Shown piece after piece: positions 1 to 3,899 of a stretch of DNA of 6,841 nt. Position numbers and translations under genes: made by a program. Position 1 is the first letter of the stretch, and the number at the start of each line of letters is the position of its first letter. The DNA is taken from positions 1 through 6,841 of the IMG/VR virus record IMGVR_UViG_3300011982_000005; one strand, given 5' to 3'. The notes under the pieces were generated by a model that was not told where the DNA came from, searched no databases, and saw only the letters and a program-made list of their open reading frames with translations. Source of the stretch: a virus.

Positions 1-99
1 GGGGGAATTGGGTAAACAAGAGTTTGTTTTCCTTGCTTTGTAATTGTCGTATCACTTCGAAATATAGTTCGTTCAAGGTATAATCCTTGTACTTTTTCA
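1..99. repeat. Terminal direct repeat, copy 1 (overlap from a circular genome or contig)
   Basis: Bases 1-99 (gggggaattgggtaaacaag...taatccttgtactttttca) match 6743-6841 base for base. The repeat lies inside an uninterrupted ORF that reads through the junction. Confidence 0.95.
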
Positions 100-1052
100 A
101 AACTATACGACTTATAGCCGATTGCTGGGCCTTTAGAAGCCAAACAGAACGGCTTGGCAAATTTAGATTGTAGAATTTTTGGCAAATCAGTAAAGCTTGT
201 AACATACGTTGTAACATAGCTGGCAGTTCCGCTATCAGCAGGTTGGACATCGATATTCCCTTGACGGCACAACGTCCAAGCCTTACGTATACACCTTGTT
301 GCGTATTGGTACGCCTTTTCATCATCAAACCAAAAGAAACCATGATAGTGGGGTCTAAAGGTTTCATTGCCATATTCGCTACAAATAAAGTAGCGGACAA
401 CTTGTTTTGCTTTTGCTTTTTCTTTTTCATATATTTTTTTGTAATATTGATAAACTTCAGAATATAAATCATACTCTTCATCATCTAAATCATCTAACCA
501 ACATTCAAAACTCTGCAATTTAGGATTGTAACCAAACCAATAAGTAAACGTAAACAATTTATCATAGAATTTCAGACGGAAATGTCGAAGCAACATCGAA
601 TTCAAATAATAGCGAAAACGCTTCAAAAACTTTTGTACATCAGAACGTGAAGCCACTCCAACAGCGTTACAAACATCAAAACGGGAAAGAGGAGGTACAA
701 AACTACCACAAGACGAATAACGAACGGACACTTTTTCCGAGTAAGAAGTTTCATCGCAATTGGAATATTTATATCCTTTCGCATCATCAAGTATATAGCG
801 TGAAGCGTCTTCAGCAGGTCGAGCAAATGGAACATGATTATTATCGTATGTTAAGGTGAAAAATAAAGCAAATCGATTATCTTTGAATTCCTGAGTAATC
901 CGCGCACGCCAAATCTTAGCTTTTTTATCAAGGCACATATAACACTTACCACAGGCATGAGCATACCAACGGCCATTTTGTTTAACCAAGACAGGGTCAA
1001 CACAAGGCAATAAAACTTCTTTAGGCTTAACAAGCGATACTAATGGGTGCAT
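1..1052 (-). CDS. VP4: Replication initiation protein (HUH rolling-circle endonuclease, microvirus VP4/gpA class), codons 1-350. The ORF continues across the circular junction into 6742..6007.
   Basis: Hand translation from ATG 1052-1050 gives MHPLVSLVKPKEVLLPCVDPVLVKQNGRWYAHACGKCYMCLDKKAKIWRARITQEFKDNRFALFFTLTYDNNHVPF... It contains a Cys cluster (CGKCYMC), motif I FFTLTY (846-863), motif II RPHYHGFFW (330-356), motif III tyrosines SYVTTYVTS (195-221), then PFCLASKGPAIGY. There is no stop codon down to base 1. The start overlaps the upstream stop as TAATG (1050-1054). Confidence 0.92.
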   Translation of the reverse strand, partial: MHPLVSLVKPKEVLLPCVDPVLVKQNGRWYAHACGKCYMCLDKKAKIWRARITQEFKDNRFALFFTLTYDNNHVPFARPAEDASRYILDDAKGYKYSNCDETSYSEKVSVRYSSCGSFVPPLSRFDVCNAVGVASRSDVQKFLKRFRYYLNSMLLRHFRLKFYDKLFTFTYWFGYNPKLQSFECWLDDLDDEEYDLYSEVYQYYKKIYEKEKAKAKQVVRYFICSEYGNETFRPHYHGFFWFDDEKAYQYATRCIRKAWTLCRQGNIDVQPADSGTASYVTTYVTSFTDLPKILQSKFAKPFCLASKGPAIGYKSYSFEKVQGLYLERTIFRSDTTITKQGKQTLVYPIP

Positions 1053-1246
1053 TACTCAAAATCAAGATTTAATTTAATAAAATCAACAACAGACTCAAAG
1101 GTAGAAAAACAAAAATAACGACCATCGGAAAACTCAACACGATAAATAGTTATATCAAAATTACCATGCTTAGAAATACGATGTTCCTTAAATAAAGAAA
1201 ATTCAGTATTCTCAATCAAAGGAAATTTAGTCTTAATACAATTCAT
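1052..1246 (-). CDS. Hypothetical 64-aa protein between the peptidase and Rep genes
   Basis: ORF from the track, with ATG at 1246-1244. It overlaps the peptidase 3' end by 14 nt, and its TAA stop overlaps the Rep ATG (TAATG). A purine-rich AAGAAAGG lies about 9 nt upstream. I recognise no motif (MNCIKTKFPLIENTEFSLFKEHRISKHGNFDITIYRVEFSDGRYFCFSTFESVVDFIKLNLDFE). Confidence 0.6.
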   Translation of the reverse strand: MNCIKTKFPLIENTEFSLFKEHRISKHGNFDITIYRVEFSDGRYFCFSTFESVVDFIKLNLDFE

Positions 1247-1667
1247 AACGGCTACCTTTCTTAATAAGATATTGTGATTTATGGGTAAAACGATTAATAG
1301 AAATATGAAGAAAAGTCGGATAAATAATAACCTGGCCTACAAGAGAATTAAGAGAATCTGTAGAACGAATAACTTTAGCAAGGCGCACAGGAGTATAACC
1401 AATTACACGAACATCAGCAGCAAGACCTTTAAGGTGGTCAGAATTAGGAACACCACCAACATGAGCATTAACAATTCTATTCCGAAAACCAGAGTTAATA
1501 ACAACAGGAGCACATACACGACAACGAAGTAACTCTAAAAAATCACATAAAATACGAAGATTAGATATCTCACTTTCAGATGGTGAATTATAACGACCAT
1601 AACGTTTAACATTACACATTTCAAATAATGTGAAGTGAGTTGATAATTGTATATCGGAATCAATCAT
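1233..1667 (-). CDS. Zn-dependent peptidoglycan peptidase, M15 (Peptidase_M15_3 / LAS-type D-Ala-D-Ala carboxypeptidase-like); putative endolysin
   Basis: 144 aa starting at ATG 1667-1665. It carries the family signature INSGFRNRIVNAHVGGVPNSDHLKGLAADV, that is SGxR..N...GG..S.H..G.A.D with H78-x6-D85, plus a distal FLHIS (H121). The N-terminal FTLFEM segment is typical of this family. There is no signal peptide or TM segment. Confidence 0.85.
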   Translation of the reverse strand: MIDSDIQLSTHFTLFEMCNVKRYGRYNSPSESEISNLRILCDFLELLRCRVCAPVVINSGFRNRIVNAHVGGVPNSDHLKGLAADVRVIGYTPVRLAKVIRSTDSLNSLVGQVIIYPTFLHISINRFTHKSQYLIKKGSRYELY

Positions 1668-1800
1668 AAAATATTAAAATATAAAGTTTGATTTCGCAAA
1701 TATAAACAATTAAATATAATAAGTAATATGATAATCAAATTTTTTAAGGTATTTTAATAAAATCGATGTTTTAATATGTTTGGAGCCCTGTCAGTTTTAC
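1668..1800 (-). promoter_or_regulatory. Very AT-rich upstream region of the peptidase-Rep-capsid gene string; candidate promoter with a Bacteroidota-type -7 box
   Basis: My hand count gives about 18 percent GC over 1671-1790. The minus strand reads TATATTTG (plus 1697-1704), matching the Bacteroides -7 consensus TAnnTTTG, 29 nt upstream of the peptidase ATG. No well-spaced -33 TTTG was found. TTTTAATA occurs twice (1752-1759 and 1769-1776), flanking an ATCGAT palindrome. A (TA)n run lies at 1801-1809. Confidence 0.35.
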
Positions 1801-2017
1801 TATATATATCAAGGGGGAAAGTACGCAGCACGGAGGGCGTGCGCCACTTACGTGGAAACTGAAAAGTAAATAATTTTAAGCTTTTAGGGGGGTCGTATCG
1901 CAAGCTTCACTATCCGCCAAAGGCGAGAAAAATAGGTATGCATTTCGAGTGCGTTCCGTTTCCTGTAAGCGGAAACTACACGCCCGACCGGCTTTGTGTT
2001 CGCAAGCTCACCTAATA
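1801..2017 (-). other. GC-rich, hairpin-dense non-coding block of unknown function (candidate complementary-strand origin, ssDNA initiation signal or structured RNA)
   Basis: Hand count gives 100 G+C in 200 nt (1811-2010), against very AT-rich flanks. Stem-loops (plus coordinates): 1828-1842 (GCACG/CGTGC); 1844-1855 (CCAC/GTGG, with GUAA loop on the minus strand); 1878-1907 (AAGCTT/AAGCTT); 1915-1925 (CGCC/GGCG); 1951-1983 (GCGT+GTTTCC / GGAAAC+ACGC); 1978-1999 (ACAC+GCC / GGC+GTGT). Repeated 9-mers: TCGCAAGCT at 1898-1906 and 2000-2008, and GYGGAAACT at 1852-1860 and 1969-1977. Confidence 0.6.
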
Positions 2018-2050
2018 GCAAACAAAAATAGCGCAGCCGAAGCTACGCTA
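2018..2050 (-). terminator. Rho-independent terminator closing the minus-strand gene string
   Basis: The minus strand reads UAGCGUAGC-UUCG-GCUGCGCUA, a 9-bp stem with one G.U pair and a cUUCGg tetraloop (plus 2029-2050). It is followed directly by UUUUUGUUUG (plus 2019-2028). The stem contains the TAG stop of the 40-aa ORF. Confidence 0.75.
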
Positions 2051-2165
2051 AAGTTAAAGAGAAAAGAACACGTAAACCAATATTCAATAAAGGCAAAAAC
2101 AAGTTCCATAAAAACCACACAAAGGCGATAACAATTAACACCTTTTTCAAATTAAAATCAAACAT
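2043..2165 (-). CDS. Small hydrophobic membrane protein, 40 aa (not in the ORF track)
   Basis: Hand translation from ATG 2165-2163 to TAG 2045-2043 gives MFDFNLKKVLIVIAFVWFLWNLFLPLLNIGLRVLFSLTLA. A short polar N-terminus with KK precedes a TM-length hydrophobic stretch. It starts 9 nt after the preceding micro-ORF, and the terminator follows immediately. Confidence 0.5.
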   Translation of the reverse strand: MFDFNLKKVLIVIAFVWFLWNLFLPLLNIGLRVLFSLTLA

Positions 2166-2174
2166 AACAATAAA

Positions 2175-2264
2175 TTAGTTAGTAACACCTAAAGCGGTAG
2201 CAAGTGCAGTCAATGCCGATACGGCAATCTGGAGCACTAACTTCCATACATTTTGTTTTTTCAT
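2175..2264 (-). CDS. Small single-pass membrane protein, 29 aa (not in the ORF track); holin-like candidate
   Basis: Hand translation from ATG 2264-2262 to TAA 2177-2175 gives MKKQNVWKLVLQIAVSALTALATALGVTN. A basic N-terminus precedes one Ala/Leu/Thr-rich TM helix. It starts 32 nt downstream of the VP2 stop on the same strand. Confidence 0.55.
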   Translation of the reverse strand: MKKQNVWKLVLQIAVSALTALATALGVTN

Positions 2265-2296
2265 AATAATAACGAATTAAATTAATTAATATTATA

Positions 2297-3439
2297 CTAA
2301 CGCCTACGACCACGCATTGTTTTGGAAGAACTTTTAACATTACCACGCGAATCATAATTCGTAGTATGAACAGTTTCAAGAGAACCGAAATTATTATATT
2401 GTCCAACAGCCTGGACACCATTAAGAACAGTATTGAGAAAACCATTAGTCGCATTAGCAACACCCAAATTAATGTTATTATAAATAGCATCTTCCTGGGC
2501 ACTCCACAAACGAGGTTGCCAATAATATGACTTAGAAGCAAGGCGATTAGACCAACGCTGGCCGTTTGCCTGTGCATCAATTAAACCAACTTGATGGCCT
2601 AAAAGTTTACTATTACTTTGAGCATTCATAAGGGCAGCACCTGCACTCGTTTGCGCAGCATAAGCACTTAAACGATTAGTAAAAGCATTCTGATAACCTG
2701 TAGAAACACGCATCGCCTGTTCTTTATTTTCAAGTTCAGCAGAACGAATAACAAAAGGCAAAACAGCGCGAGCACGTTTGTTATCAAGGCCAAGTTGTTC
2801 AATCTGTTTAATAAGCTGATCTTGATTCAAAGATTCTGTACCGACTTTTTGCATAGTCAACGCTGTTTCATGCGCAATCTTATCGATATTACCTTGCAAT
2901 TCTTGCAACTGGGCAGGTTTCATATAATCTAAATCATATTGCGCAGCATTATTGACAATAGATTGTCCATTTACTTGAGAACGCAACAATTCTAATTGCT
3001 GTAAATTAAAATCTTGCTTGGTCTGATTATCAATTTCCTTACCTGCTGCTTCTGCATTCATATCACGAACTTGTGCAGCAACAAGCGAAGATTGTTGAAC
3101 CATTTGTGCAGCAGTATTGACATTAGATACAGATGAATTCAGATCAGGCGAAGACGTAGAAGCAATAGAAGACTGATTGCCAGGATTAACCTGGCCTAAC
3201 ATCATATAGGGGTTTAATCCTGCTTGACGCATGCGTGCTACTTGTTGCTCAGGAGCATTATAGGCGTTTTGCACTTGAATCAATTGTTCTTGACGCTGAT
3301 TATTCTTCGCAACAGCATCAGCATTTAGCTTAGCGCCTAATATACTCGCACCTGCACCAATAAGAGCACCAACAATAAATCTTCTATTCTCGAAAGGAGG
3401 GGAGAGCAAATCTCCCCTTATTAAAAAATTACAACACAT
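2297..3439 (-). CDS. VP2: DNA pilot / minor capsid protein (microvirus VP2, functional analogue of phiX174 H)
   Basis: The ORF in the track starts at GTG 3538, but I place the start at ATG 3439-3437, 1 nt after the upstream TAG (380 aa). It has a Gly/Ala-rich hydrophobic segment (FIVGALIGAGASILGAK) followed by RMRQAGLNPYMMLG, typical of microvirus pilot proteins. A long Gln-rich helical or coiled-coil-like middle follows, and a basic C-terminus (KTMRGRRR). Confidence 0.85.
   Translation of the reverse strand: MCCNFLIRGDLLSPPFENRRFIVGALIGAGASILGAKLNADAVAKNNQRQEQLIQVQNAYNAPEQQVARMRQAGLNPYMMLGQVNPGNQSSIASTSSPDLNSSVSNVNTAAQMVQQSSLVAAQVRDMNAEAAGKEIDNQTKQDFNLQQLELLRSQVNGQSIVNNAAQYDLDYMKPAQLQELQGNIDKIAHETALTMQKVGTESLNQDQLIKQIEQLGLDNKRARAVLPFVIRSAELENKEQAMRVSTGYQNAFTNRLSAYAAQTSAGAALMNAQSNSKLLGHQVGLIDAQANGQRWSNRLASKSYYWQPRLWSAQEDAIYNNINLGVANATNGFLNTVLNGVQAVGQYNNFGSLETVHTTNYDSRGNVKSSSKTMRGRRR
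3398..3418 (-). other. Perfect 8-bp GC-rich hairpin inside the first 15 codons of VP2
   Basis: The minus strand reads AGGGGAGA-UUUGC-UCUCCCCU (plus: aggggaga 3398-3405, loop 3406-3410, tctcccct 3411-3418). It begins 21 nt after the VP2 ATG. Only CCUUUCG follows, so it is not a canonical terminator. Confidence 0.5.
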
Positions 3440-3440
3440 A

Positions 3441-3881
3441 CTATTCAGGTTTAGAATCAGTAGAAGCAGGAGCATCACCAGGAGATGCAGAATCAGTAGA
3501 ACCAACATCAGTAGGAGAAGCATCTGGGAACATATCACCTATAACAACGTCTAGTTCTCTTCGTACTTGGTCAAGTTCTATTTCGTTTTCAAAATGACGT
3601 GAAACAATAGTATTTTTTATCTGCTCATCGGTCCAACCACGATTTCGAGAATCATGCGGAACATTAACAACAAGTTGTGAAATAACGTCCGCAACTTCAC
3701 GAGGTACGTTTTTATCAATCAAACGCGTTATCAAATTAGCACGATGACCATCAGATAGGACTGGGTTTAACTTCTCAAACAATTCTGTACTCTCAACATC
3801 AACAACAACGATGCTTTCGGAAGGAGGAACAAAACAATTTGCATCATCTACAACACTACGACTTAAATAACAATTTTTCAT
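3441..3881 (-). CDS. Hypothetical acidic 146-aa protein; possible internal scaffolding protein (VP3-like), judged by position and composition only
   Basis: ATG at 3881-3879, 18 nt downstream of the VP1 stop. The protein is Asp/Glu-rich with a disordered-looking Pro/Ser/Thr/Asp C-terminal tail (PDASPTDVGSTDSASPGDAPASTDSKPE). It sits between VP1 and VP2. I recognise no diagnostic motif. Confidence 0.5.
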   Translation of the reverse strand: MKNCYLSRSVVDDANCFVPPSESIVVVDVESTELFEKLNPVLSDGHRANLITRLIDKNVPREVADVISQLVVNVPHDSRNRGWTDEQIKNTIVSRHFENEIELDQVRRELDVVIGDMFPDASPTDVGSTDSASPGDAPASTDSKPE

Positions 3882-3899
3882 AATTAAAAATTTATACTA

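Noticed and set aside
623-1033. Two track ORFs on the minus strand (623-835 and 851-1033) share a frame and are separated by a single TAA. This could suggest stop-codon recoding or a broken rep pseudogene.
   Set aside because: A different minus-strand frame across the same DNA is fully open and encodes canonical HUH Rep motifs (CGKCYMC, FFTLTY). The two listed ORFs are out-of-frame by-products, and the standard code explains everything.
1686-1780. Possible dif/Xer-type recombination site in the AT-rich region (for example TTTCGCAAATATAAACAATTAAAT or AACATATTAAAACAT).
   Set aside because: By eye I could not align either arm convincingly to the XerC/XerD half-site pattern (GGTGCGCATAA-N6-TTATGTTAAAT). 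This needs comparison with host dif sites, which I cannot do here.
1936-1962. A tRNA-like T-arm (ATGCA-TTTCGAG-TGCGT) inside the GC-rich block.
   Set aside because: No matching acceptor stem, D-arm or anticodon arm can be drawn on either strand. The loop does not place TTCGA in the canonical register.
1858-2045. The frame of the 40-aa ORF stays open for about 60 codons past its TAG (LRLRYFCLLLGELANTKPVGRVVSAYRKRN...RPP). The product would be a basic peptide, reminiscent of J/VP8-type DNA-binding proteins if TAG were read through or recoded.
   Set aside because: The open frame passes straight through the terminator and the hairpin block. An open frame of 60 codons in 50 percent GC sequence is not statistically unusual, and Arg richness follows from the CG-rich stems. 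No essential gene contains an in-frame TAG that would indicate recoding.
2285-2292. ATATTAAT on the gene-sense strand in the VP2 / micro-ORF spacer matches the core of the phiX174 origin (CAACTTGATATTAATAAC).
   Set aside because: It is only an 8-nt palindromic A/T match in AT-rich DNA. The flanking origin bases (CAACTTG, AACAC) are absent, so this is likely chance.
2179-2580. A 133-aa hydrophobic ORF overlapping the VP2 3' end and the 29-aa micro-ORF.
   Set aside because: It is an alternative frame of a well-supported gene with the same compositional artefact. It would have to run through the intergenic spacer and the better-formed 29-aa ORF.
3440-3538. The N-terminal 33-codon extension of VP2 given in the track (GTG start at 3538, MICSQMLLLLMLVLL...).
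   Set aside because: The extension is entirely overprinted on the acidic tail of the upstream gene and is a poly-Leu frame artefact. An ATG sits 1 nt after that gene's stop and is the more plausible VP2 start.
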